A stretch of DNA of 64,000 bases, from assembly GCF_009914755.1 (NCBI RefSeq), contig NC_060926.1; one strand, written 5' to 3'. Of the stretch, positions 1 to 12,215 are shown piece after piece. The stretch comes from the human T2T-CHM13v2.0 reference genome, Homo sapiens. The position numbers and the translations under genes were made by a program. Numbering within the stretch: the stretch's first letter is position 1; each line of letters opens with the position of its first letter. A model generated the notes under the pieces. It did not search any database. It was not told the DNA's origin and saw only the letters and a list, made by a program, of their open reading frames with translations.

Positions 1-1096
1 TCCAACAGAACATTATTTGACTAAATTTAATTTTTAAATATTGAATTTACTATAACTATCTGCTTGCAGGGTAAAGCAAGGGATACCTGGGCCCAAACAG
101 CCTCCATCTTCCCCCCAACCTCCTTTCCTTCCTTCTGGGAGCCTTTCCTCCAGGTCTCTCTTCTGGCTTCTGAGTGAGAACGGTGCACAGTGAAAGGCAG
201 GAAGAAAGGCATTTGGAGGCTGAAGGGCTCAAAACTAATTGAACACAGCGAAATCTGATGCACATTTTCATTTTCAACTTAAAATTTGACACCTAAATGA
301 TTCTTAAAGACTTTTTTTAAAAAAACAAGATTGGCTTATAAAATATGTTATCAATATTGCTAAATTCCAGACTACTCATTCCTCAAGGAGGGGATGCTGG
401 TATTGCCATATTTGCAATGTGAAACCAGCTAGGCGGGTGCAGATTTTCTCTTTCCTTTGCAGCATGACGACGGCATTCTCTGACACACGGCTGAGAGGCG
501 TGTCTTTCAAGACAGTGTGTCCGATGGAGGGAAATAACTGCTCTTCCCTTCCCTTCCGTTCAGGAGTGTCCCTGAGCTTTCTGCTACATTCCATGGCATC
601 AGAGATGTCTTTTCTGAGGGAGAATAGTCCGTATCCTGTCTATAACTGCCTCCATTTGAGAACATATGTGTAGTTTCTCCCATGTGGTCCTTCTCAATAA
701 CTACAAGAAACAGGCAGAACAGAGGGATTTTCCTCCATTTGGCATCCTCTCTCCTTGCCAGGGCAGGGGACTCACAGACCAAGTCCTTCCCTGGCTGCCT
801 CCCCTGGCGTCCCGTTCCCATCAGAGGACTGTGGCCTCTGGCCAGGGCAGGGGGAGGCACCTGGTGGGTCTGATGCTCCAGCTGCTGGTGTTCTCCAGTG
901 GAGAGAGGTGCCTCTAGCAGGCATTACTCAACCACCCACAGGCTGGGGTTTCAGGCCGCCTGAACTGAATACACACACCTGGTGCCACTTAACTAGCTAG
1001 AACTCTCTCCCAGATGAGCTGGAATCCTTCCTCCCCTTACCCTTAACAGAGCACAGCTTGTTTTTACCTTCAAGACTCCTCCTTAAGAAGACTCCT

Positions 1097-1403
1097 GTCC
1101 GGGGGCAGTGGCTCATGCCTGTAACCCTAGCACTTTGGGAGGCCGAGATGGGCAGATCATTTGAGGTCAGGAGTTCGAGACCAGCCTGGCCATTATGGTG
1201 AAACCTCGCCTCTACTAAAAATACAAAAATTAGATGGACATGGTGGTGGGCACCCTTAATCCCAGCTACTCGGGAGGCTGAGAGAAGAATCACTTGAACC
1301 CAGGAGGTAGAGCTTGCCATGAGCCGAGATCACACCACTGCACTCCAGCCTGGGCGACAGAGCGAGACTCTGTCAAAAAAAAAAAAAAGAAAAAAGAAAA
1401 AAA
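1097..1403 (+). mobile_element. Alu (AluS-like), full length, in VWA3B intron
   Basis: Both Alu monomers, A-rich linker TACTAAAAATACAAAAA, A tail ending at 1403. Confidence 0.95.
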
Positions 1404-4025
1404 AGCCTTTTTAGAGGGAGTATGATTTATTTTTAAAAAAATAATAACTTTCCAAATGTGATATCAGGAAAGCAAAATAGGACTCAGCATTTCCTCTGTG
1501 CTCCAGGGAAACATCAGGCATCTGAAGGAAGCTGTTAGGTTCTGGGGCCCTGGAGGCAAGGCATGTTCTTCTCTTGCTGCTTGAGGGTCATTGTGTGGTC
1601 CTGGGGACATGGCTATGTATGAGTCGGCAGGAGGAGAGACCCTCCCAGGGCCAGGTGGGGTTTGTCTGGGTCTCTGGTCAACCCCTGTTCCCCACAATTC
1701 CTGTTACACAAAATATTAGCCTCTCATTATCTGTCTTTTGAGCAGTTGAGGAACTTTCCATGAAGCCATTGGATTTGGGAGTGTGTCCCAGTGGAAATGA
1801 TACCGTGCGCAGTGTTTAACACTCCTCCCTTGACCCCGTGTAGTGTTGTGGACTCACATTGTCTCCTGACATCAGTGAAATTAAGTCATTGATTGAAACT
1901 TCAAGATTCAGCTCTGCCTCTGACATTACGTCAGATGAATCACTTCACTTAATCTCGCCTGGTCACTCCTGACGATTTTCTCCTAAGAGGCGTCTGTGCA
2001 TTTGAAATCATTAAGCCTCTGTATGTCATTAGCTCCCTCCGTCCCCTCTGGTTGGATTAGGAGCCCCATTTCTTATGCTGGAACAAAGCCCTGAAAAACG
2101 TGCAGTTCAGCAACAAACCCTGTCTGTGAGTGTCCTATGTAATTTAGAAGGACACGTGCCGTTGCTTACATTCAGGAAGCATGTGGTGGTGCCCTAGGAC
2201 ATGGGACAAGGGGACACAAGGAGACACAGAGATTCGCCAGCCTTCAGGGCCAGCAGTAGCAATTCAGATAGCAACAGCCTTTGCTTATCCATTTCTTCAT
2301 TCTCCACCCCTTCAGTTGCTGAAAGTCTAAGACCCCCCACCGGGTCTTCATCAAACATCTGCTGGTGCCTACTCCATGGGTCCTCTTGTTCTTTATGTTC
2401 TAAGGCAGCCTTGCTGAGAGAGAGACACTTAGGGCACAATACAAACGAGACCTCAGGAATCCAGCAGGATTTCTGACAAGCTGCCAATGCTTTATTCAGC
2501 AAAGGGGGTGGGTTCTGACCCCAGGAGGGCATGGAGTGGGCACTCAGCACTTTCTTCCCAGAAGTGGAACCAGCACAGCGCCAGAGTCCTCCAGGCAGGG
2601 GGGTAGGCATCTCCCTACCTTGTTCTTTCCATGCTTTTAATGCCTGAAAATCTCTCTACTTCTCACATCCGCTTCTTGTCGCTCCTCTTTCTGAGAGATT
2701 ATAGCTTAGGGACTGGACTGTAATCATGGATCCTAACTCATGGAAAATAGAGAAAAACCCTGAAAAAGAAACAGAATGTATCAACTTATTCTGCTCTGGA
2801 GAGAGGTAGCAATTTGAGGGATAGTTGAGGGTAACCTGATGGATAAGATTTTAGACTTCACAGAGCAGGGGCGGTAAGTGTACCCTTGAAGCATGATTCC
2901 TAGAAGTCTCTCAGAACCTGCTATCACAGAACCTATACATCCACACAAGCGCTGGCCTCAGATTTAAAGATGATTTTGTCTGTGGCCTCCCAGAAAGGCT
3001 TTTCCCAATGTCACTGCTGTCGCCCAGGCCAATTTTTTAATCTCTCTTGGGAATCTCTCCTGAGTCTTTGAGCCAATCTTTGAAAATGATCATGTGCAGT
3101 GAATCTTGATTCTTTCACAAGGGATTTGAATGGTGGCATTTTCTATTTGAAAATAGCAAAAACTCTCTTTCTACTTTATTGTTTTGTTTTTCCCTGACAA
3201 TTTCCAAAAGGATCCGAAGCAGTAATAGTCAGAAGTTATGCGGAGTAAAAACAAAACAAAAAATTATTCGGATTGAAGGCAGGTTGATCAAGATAGCTGA
3301 TACTGATTATGGGAAGAAAATAAGGTTTAACATTAGGCAGTGGGTGTCCTTAACTTACCCTGAAGGCCCTGAAAAAAGGTGAGCTCCCAAAACGGTGAGC
3401 CATGGAGGCATGGCTGGAATGAGGTCATGGTGTTATCAAGGTGCCTTCTTTGAAGGACAGCACTTCTGGGTAAATAAGCTTTGTCAGCGTATTTTCTAAA
3501 TAGTAATCTAGCTCTGTGACTTCATAGTCATTCCTAAGTTCAATGTCATTACAAATCATACCATTTTGGACATTTGGAAAAATGTTTCCGATAGTATACC
3601 TTGGAGTCATTACAGAAACACAGGGTGTGAAAGAATATCTCTGATGTACAAGCTCCAATACAGGGATGAACTGGGCTGTGATGGGGCCAAGCTCATCTCC
3701 CTGGGGCGGACACAGGTCTATGCTGAGGAGTTTCCAGGGGCTTTTGGGCTGGGAGTTGTTCCTTCACTGGCTTGGTCAGGACGGGTCCGTATACTCAAGT
3801 TCTCCGTGCCGTGGGAGGCTCCCAAACACCAAAGGCTCGTGGAAATGAACTGAGTGGACCTAAGCCCAGCCTAAAGCATTGGGTTCACAGCGCTCCAGAG
3901 ACTCCTTTCCATGGGAAGAGGGACGTGGGCAAGGAGCTGAGAAGCAGCCGTGGGGATGGCTTGGACATCTCTGTAGACCCCGCAGCCATCAAGGCAGGGT
4001 AACCCTGATCTCTCTCTGTCTCTAG

Positions 4026-4239
4026 AGAGGATGTGGAGGCGAGGAACTCTGCTTTCCTCTTCTGGCCACTGAAAGAAGCGGACACGCAGGATTCCAGAGA
4101 GCCAAGACGAGAGAAGCCCAGGAGGAAAAAGAGGCCCGCCAAGCAGCCACTCCAGCAGGCGGCGCCCTCGGACTCGGACGGCTCCTCCCACGGCATCAGC
4201 TCCCATGGGTCCTGCCAGGGGACACACCCCGAGCCCAAG
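4026..4239 (+). CDS. VWA3B: VWA3B penultimate coding exon (..EDVEARNSAFLFWPLKEADTQDSREPRREKPRRKKRPAKQ..GTHPEPK)
   Basis: Polypyrimidine acceptor ctctctctgtctctAG (4024-4025), donor AAG|GTTTGG at 4240, open frame, peptide recognised as VWA3B C-terminal region, position upstream of CNGA3. Confidence 0.9.
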
Positions 4240-4406
4240 GTTTGGGTGATGGGGGGGGAACACAACATCGCTTATCTCAGGAACACCCTGAAATCCCTTT
4301 CAAGAATAGTACACCTAACATCGTCCTTCAGATTCTGGGCCTGTTTAGGCTCCAGTGCAGCAAAGACCCTAACATCCTTAAGTAATGCTGAACTCTGCTT
4401 CCCCAG

Positions 4407-4556
4407 ACAGCCCACCTCCACTTCCCCGCGGCCGGGCGTCTAGGACTCAGCAGCCACGCCATCATTGCCACACCTCCACCTCGAGCAGCCCTGCCCTGTA
4501 CTCTCCAAGCCACCCACAGCAGCAAAGGGCTGAGGAGCGTCCCTGAGACACTTTAA
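4407..4556 (+). CDS. VWA3B: VWA3B last coding exon (TAHLHFPAAGRLGLSSHAIIATPPPRAALPCTLQATHSSKGLRSVPETL*)
   Basis: Acceptor ctctgcttccccAG (4405-4406), phase 0 matching the previous donor, TAA at 4554-4556, C-terminus recognised. Confidence 0.88.
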   Translation, partial: TAHLHFPAAGRLGLSSHAIIATPPPRAALPCTLQATHSSKGLRSVPETL

Positions 4557-5118
4557 GGCCGTCTGGTGGCAGCTATGTTTAAGAGACCAGCGTCCTTCCA
4601 GGCTGTTCAGACCTCAGCGTTGACACTGAAACTGGCCCCTCCGCGGAGGTAAGGCCGCCCTCCGCGCCGCCTATGCCTGCCCTGTCTGTAGCAAAGACTC
4701 CTCTCCCCTCCATCCCTGCTGCCTCCCCTACCCGTTTGACGACTTGGTTCTGGCTTTTTCTGACTGTTCTTTATCCTGTTTTCCCCCTGCACTCACAAAA
4801 TTGTATTCCATCTTCTGGTAGACGCCCCACCCCCAGAAGTTTTAACCTGAAGGATGACTGTCACAGGACTTTCAAATTGTTTAGCAGTCAGCATAGTCAG
4901 GATCCAAGCCCGCAATCTTGTTTTAAATTAATTATCACATCTAAATTAGAGAATTTGTCACCCAATATTAGGACTGAAATTCAGACTCGGTAACTTGTCT
5001 GAGATCTGCAAGACTGAACATCCCCTACTGTATAGTTTCCTGACATTTTCATTTAGCCTTTCCTAATTATTTTTGTCTATAGTCTGTTGTAGGTAACTCT
5101 AATTGAGCCCGAAACCAG

Positions 5119-5466
5119 AATAAAAACTCTTACATTGGAAACATTTCAAAACCATTGGATTGTTGGATTATTTGTTACCATTTTTCTCTGAACACATTTT
5201 AGCAATGACATATGAAAGTATTCAGTTGTGTTTACTAACTTCAAAAATGAAATCGCTCCATCAAATTTCGTTTTTCTAGTCGGTAAGATCCCTGAGGCTA
5301 GATGAAAATAGAGCACAGGTCATCACTAGGGAAAATATTGGATGCTTTTTGCAAACAGAACAGATAGGGCTGAGTTCTGATACTCTAAAAATTTACAATC
5401 TAATTAAAAGTGGCATTCACATTCCTGAAAGCTAGGAGTAGCCAGGGTTATGGTGAAGAAATTAAA
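5119..5466 (+). terminator. VWA3B: Candidate VWA3B polyadenylation signals (AATAAA 5119-5124; ATTAAA 5403-5408 and 5461-5466)
   Basis: Hexamers seen 0.56-0.9 kb after the stop codon; which one is used cannot be read from sequence. Confidence 0.55.
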
Positions 5467-6895
5467 GAACTAATCCACTTCTAAAAATATGAAAAAAAAA
5501 AAATAAGGGACATGCGCTCAGCATCAGGCTAAAAACAATAATGCAGTGAGGAAGGAACTGAAGAGTGAGGGAATTGTTTGAAACAAGGCAAGGAACAGTG
5601 CTTGTGGGAGGCAGAGTACCTCCCAGAACTCAGACGTTTCCTCCCAGCAGGAAGGCTCTGGAGCAGTCTCCGCTAATGAGAGTTGTGTCCTGGAAGGAAG
5701 GAAGGGTATGAGGGTCTGAAGGAAGCAAGGTGTCTGGTCTGGAGAACTAGTGGAGCAGTTTAGAAACCACCCAGTCATAGGCATTGGTTCATTTATTCAT
5801 ACGTGCATGCATGTGAGCCTGCGTACATTCATTCAATTATTCAACAAGCAATTTGAGTGCTGACAGCCTGCCAGGCTCCAGAGAGATGCCAGCAGACTTG
5901 GAAGGTGGTTATCTTCCCTCTGTACCCATCTCGCTCTCTTCGTCTCCACTTTCTCATTGGAACAATCACTGGTGTCTGGTGGTGGGGTATGAGCAGAGAC
6001 AAATGACTACAGGGCAAATATATACAATGCTAGTTGCATTGGTGTTACATTGCAGTGCACAAGGCCATCATTTGATGTGTTCAATGATAGTGCCTACTTC
6101 AGTGTAATGGAGGAAGTTGCAATTACAACGGTGAACTTCCACCTCCAACCAATACAGAATGGCAGCAACTAGAATTACACTCCCACCAAAACAACTAACA
6201 CACCTGCTAAAATATATGTAACAACAGTTTCCAAAACACTGGGCGTCAGGTGATAAGGACAGTGCTCTTTGAGAGATAAATGTGATGAGCCCTGTGCATT
6301 TCCCAGTCGCTTCCTGGAGATATTTCCAGGCTGCAGCATAGGGAGGGGGAACCCAAACACAGCCCGGCAGCCTCTGTGAGCTGAGGAGATGGAAATGGAA
6401 TTCTGAGGACACCAAGGTAGCTGGAGTTTACCAGGGTCAGGGCTGGTGAGCAGAGAGCTGCAGAGAGAAAGCTCGCTGGAGACCTGCGGAGTGGCCCTCT
6501 TCAGTCTTCAGCTAATAAGTGCATGGCTGTGAGGAAATTACTGAAGACCAGAGAAAGGACCACTCAAAGTGATTACAAGGAACAATTCCTATGGTTTACA
6601 CAGGGCTGGGAATATTTCCTGTTTCCTTCAACCAAAGTGGAAAATATTATTCATGGGGCATCGGATAAAGTATTCAGGAGTTTGTCTCAATAGTGGAGCA
6701 AAACTGGCATTTGACTAAATGTTTCCGTGGTCCCAGCCTAACAAAGCTGAAAAGCAAGCCTGGGAAGGATCAAACCTGTTTCCAAATACCTGTGTCCCAG
6801 AACAAAGATCAAGGATATTTATAGGGATACAAAAATATCCATCATCCAACAAGGTACAATTTACAATGTCTGACATCCAATCAAAGACTGGCCTA

Positions 6896-7212
<317 letters not shown>

Positions 7213-8522
7213 GAGAAGCCAATTGGAATCAGCTCCGGAATGACACAGACAATGAAAAGTACCAGAAATGGCAACTGATGGTATATATATGAAAGACTTT
7301 CTTTTCTTACCATTTAAATCTCCTTTAAAGATAATTGGCTTTATAGAGTAATGTCGATAGTACATTAATGCATTTTCATAAATCCTTGAACATGCACCTG
7401 GATGCATTCATTGCCTCAGATGATTTGCACATTTGATTTTTTTGCTGAATAAATCTGTACTTTTAGCATATAGCAGAAGTAATAAAAGGGGTTCAATCTG
7501 TTAAACACACTCACAGACACACACAATAATAATAGTGATGATAATAATAATACCTATGTATCTAGATTTTATGGCCACCCTATATAATAGGCCAGGATCA
7601 CAAGCCAGGGGCAGTGGGTGATTGCTATAGGGATGGAGTGATTGAAAACCAGATGTAAACTATGTGGAATGGGTACAAGGTGAATCCTTGAAACAGAAGG
7701 ATGTTCTTCAGAAGAAAGGGAACAGATATTCAAAAAGAGACTGGATCACCAATTAAGTGATGTAAAAAAGATTCCATACTTCAAGTGAGAGTCATCTACA
7801 TACTTCTAAGCTCCTTTCCAACTCTAGGAGTCTACAGCTCAATGACACAGTCTATTGCCAACTCAGAGCATTTCCACATAGATGAAAAACTGTCCTTATA
7901 AAAGGTGGATGGGTTGTAGCCAACAAAACTAGACAAGAGAAATCAATTAGAGGAATAATAATTGGAAAAGAAGGAAAATGATGTTTGCACATGATAAAAG
8001 ACAACACCTGAAAATTCTGAATCAATAACACTAATCCAAACAAAAGAATTCAGTGAGACGAAGGATATAAATTTAATACACAGAAATCGATATACACAAA
8101 TCATGATCGATTAGAAGATATGTTGATAGTGAAAAACCTCATTTACAATGACAACAAAGAAACTAAAATGCAGTTGATTCTCACTATTCATGTAGTTACG
8201 TTCTATACAGTGGCATCTAACACTGAATACTGAATCATTTTTCCTAGGAGACACACAAGATTAGGTTCCTGCAGGCCGCTGGTCACCATATTTTCATCAA
8301 CTAATCAATATGTAACTTTGTTTTTGTGTGTTTCTGTTCAAAGGTATCTTAATATATATTGCTGACTCATTAACATACTCATGCCCAACCCTATAAGCAT
8401 GTTTACAGTAGGAGAGCTAAAACAAGAAGGCAGTAGGCAGATTTTTTCACTTCTTTGAGCATGCACCTGTCTGCAAACATGCCTTGAGCATTGATTTTGA
8501 GGTTACAAATAAGTTTTAGCAG

Positions 8523-9237
<715 letters not shown>

Positions 9238-9513
9238 AGCAGGTAGGTGAATTCACAAATATGGAACCTGTAAATAGTGAGCATGGACTGTACCTAGAAT
9301 AAACTTAACAAGAAATGTGCAAAACCAATGCATGAAAAGCTTTGAAACACTCTTGAAAGATACAAAAGTAGACTGGAACATCCTTTGTTTTAGATAGGAT
9401 GACTGAACATCATGAAGATGATAGTTCCCCCTGAGTTCATGTATTACTATAACACAATCCAAGTAAAAACAACAGCAAACGTTTTATGAGGCTTGAAAAG
9501 TTTATAGTAAAGT

Positions 9514-10098
9514 GGTAAACCAAAAATAAAATTCTAAACCCCCCCCAGCCATCTGAGTGGCCTTCCTCCTAGGCCAGAGCACTCTAAAGTTTAACGTGAA
9601 AGACTGGTTCAGGCCCTGAGGGGAAGTGGGGGTCGGAGGTGCCTCATTATACCCTCCAGCATTAACATCAACACAGACCTTAAGCCTGATAAGAAACATT
9701 TACAATCTATTCTCTCTGAAGCCTGCTACCTGGAGGCTTCATCAGCATGATAAAACTTTGGTCTCAACAACCTCTTATGGTAACCCAGACATTCCCTTCC
9801 CTTGATAATAAGTCTTTCAACCAATTGCCAATCAGAAAAATTTCAAATCTACCTATAACCTGGTAGCCCCCACTTTGAATTGTCCTGCCTTTCTGGAACG
9901 AACCATTCTATATCTTAAAGGTATTTAATTGATGTCTCATGTCTCCCTAAAATGTATAAAATCAAGCTGAACCCTGACCACCTTAGGCACATGTCCTCAG
10001 GATCTCCTGAGGGCTGTGTCACGGGCCATGGTCACTCATATTTGGCTCAGAATAAATCTCTACAAATATTTTACAGAGTTTAACTCTTTTTGTCAACA
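9514..10098 (+). mobile_element. MER4-family ERV1 solo LTR
   Basis: Start gtaaaccaaaaataaaattctaa, AATAAA, end tttgtcaaca, 4-bp TSD AAGT (9510-9513 and 10099-10102). Confidence 0.8.
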
Positions 10099-10219
10099 AA
10101 GTTCATATGGAAAAAGAAATGTGAGTAGCTAAGAAAATTCTGAAAAATAAAGCTATGGGGAGGAACTTATGTTAGCATATTAAACACTATGATATCTGTA
10201 TGGTTAAAATAGTGTGGCA

Positions 10220-10943
10220 CCAATGAGATATCATCTCACACCAGTCAGAATGGCTATTATTAAAAGTAAAGAAAATAACAGATGCTGGTGAGGTTGTGGA
10301 GAAAAAGGAATGCTTTTACACAGTTGGTGGGAGTGTAAATTAGTTCAACCATTGTGGAAGACTGTGTGGCAATTCCTCAAAGACCTAAAGACAGAAATAC
10401 AATTTGACCCAGCAATCCCATTACTCGCTTTATACCCAAAGAAATATAAATTTTTTATTATAAATACACATGTATGTGTATGTTTATTTCAGTACTATTC
10501 ACAATAGCAAAGACATGGAATTAACCCAAATGCCCATCAATGATAGACTGGATAAAGAAAATATGGTACATATACACCATGGAATACTATGCAGCCATAA
10601 AAAAGAATGAGATAATGTCCTTTACAGGGACATAGATGAAACTGGAGGCCATTGTCCTCAGCAAACTAACACAGGAACAGAAAACCAAATACTGCATGTT
10701 CTCACTTATAAGTGGGAACTAAATGATGAGAACACATGGACACATGGTGGAGGGAACAAAACACACTGTGGCGTATCAGAGGGTTGAAGAGTGAGAGGAG
10801 GGAGAGAAACAGAAAAAATAACTAATGGATACTAAACTTAATACCTGGGTGATGAAATAATCTGTATAACCAATCCCCATGAAACACATTTACCTATGTA
10901 ACAAACCTGCACATGTACCCCTGAACTTAAAAGTTAAAAAAAT
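10220..10943 (+). mobile_element. 5'-truncated L1PA/L1PB 3' end
   Basis: ORF2 C-terminus ([23 protein letters not shown]), 3'UTR, TSD AATAGTGTGG(C/T)AC on both sides. Confidence 0.9.
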
Positions 10944-11058
10944 AATAGTGTGGTACTATCACAAGGAAAGGCAAATGGACTAGGTGTCCAAAAAAGACAT
11001 AATATATATTATTTATCTATCATCTATCTGTCAGTCTATCTACCTATCTATATATCTG

Positions 11059-11275
11059 CAATTGTCCCTCAGTACTTAAGAGATTGGTTCCAGCAACCCC
11101 TTGGATACCAAAATCTGAGAATGCTCAAGCCCTGCAGTTGGCCCTGTGGAACCCATGGATATGAAAAGTCAGCCCTCCATATTTATGGGTTCCACATCCC
11201 ACGAATAGTGTAATTTGCAATCCACAGTTGGTTGAATCCACAGATGAAGAACCTGAGGATACAGAGGACTGGCTA
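11059..11275. mobile_element. MER2B/MER8-like Tigger MITE
   Basis: Resembles recalled consensus (gattggttccag..ataccaaaatc..gaatccacagatgaagaacc); preceded by (TCTA)n-like tract. Confidence 0.7.
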
Positions 11276-11804
11276 TATTTGGAAATGTTGTATATTATAA
11301 AGGTGGCATCTCAAATCACTGAAACTTTAATAACAGGTACTAGGACAATGGATAGCCATTGGAAAACAATAAAATTAGATCCATGCCTCACACCACATAC
11401 AAGAATAAACTCCAAATGGATAAAAGAAAAAAAAAAAGCAGACAGGTACTAGAAGAAAACATGAGTGAATTCTAACTCAAATTCCAGGTGCAATAAAATG
11501 TTGCTAACCTTGACTAGATAAAAATGCATTTTTAAAAATATATTTCCAAAGACAACATAAAGAAAGTCAAAAGACAAATGACAAATGGAGAGAAAGTATT
11601 TGCACTAAATAGCAGACAAAGGGCTGGAGTCTGTAAAATACAAAGAACTCTTTAAAATTCAATGAAAAAACTGACCAAAGACCTGGCAGAAAAATAGGCA
11701 AAAGACAATGAACTATCTATAAAGCTGTAAGAATGGATCTAAAAATATGAAAAGATGTTTAACTTCACTCATGATAAGAGAAAAACAAATTAAAACTAGA
11801 CTTA

Positions 11805-12082
11805 GGCCAGACACAGTGACTCACATTTATAATCCCAACACTTTGGGAGTCTGAGATGGGTGGATAAAATGAGGCTAGGAGTTCAAGACCCATCTAGACA
11901 GCAAGGCAAAACCTCATCTCTACTAAAAATATAAAAATTAGCCATGCATGGTGGTGCATGCCTGTAATCCTAGCTACTTGGGAGGCTGAGGCATGAGAAT
12001 GGCTTGAACCTGGTAGGCAGAGGTTGCAATGAGCCTAGATCACGCCACTGCACTCCAACCTGGGTGACAGAGTGAGACTCCA

Positions 12083-12120
<38 letters not shown>

Positions 12121-12135
12121 AACAAAACAAAAAAA
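11805..12135 (+). mobile_element. AluJ-like with (CA)n microsatellite (12084-12121) in its tail
   Basis: Dimeric Alu; imperfect TSD aaaactagactta / aaaactacattta. Confidence 0.92.
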
Positions 12136-12215
12136 CTACATTTAGAGAACTGTCAATAATGTGCCAATATGAAGTAATCATGCAAATACTTTTACAGGTA
12201 ACAATTTTAAGATCT

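Noticed and set aside
376-700. Possible pseudogene, cryptic exon (acceptor ttttctctttcctttgcAG at about 462) or hairpin (gacacac..gtgtgtc)
   Set aside because: No recognisable protein similarity, no convincing donor, and stems are short enough to arise by chance
3179-3853. Protein-looking ORFs (e.g. 3425-3658 minus)
   Set aside because: No family recognised, no splice or Kozak support; would need BLAST/PhyloCSF
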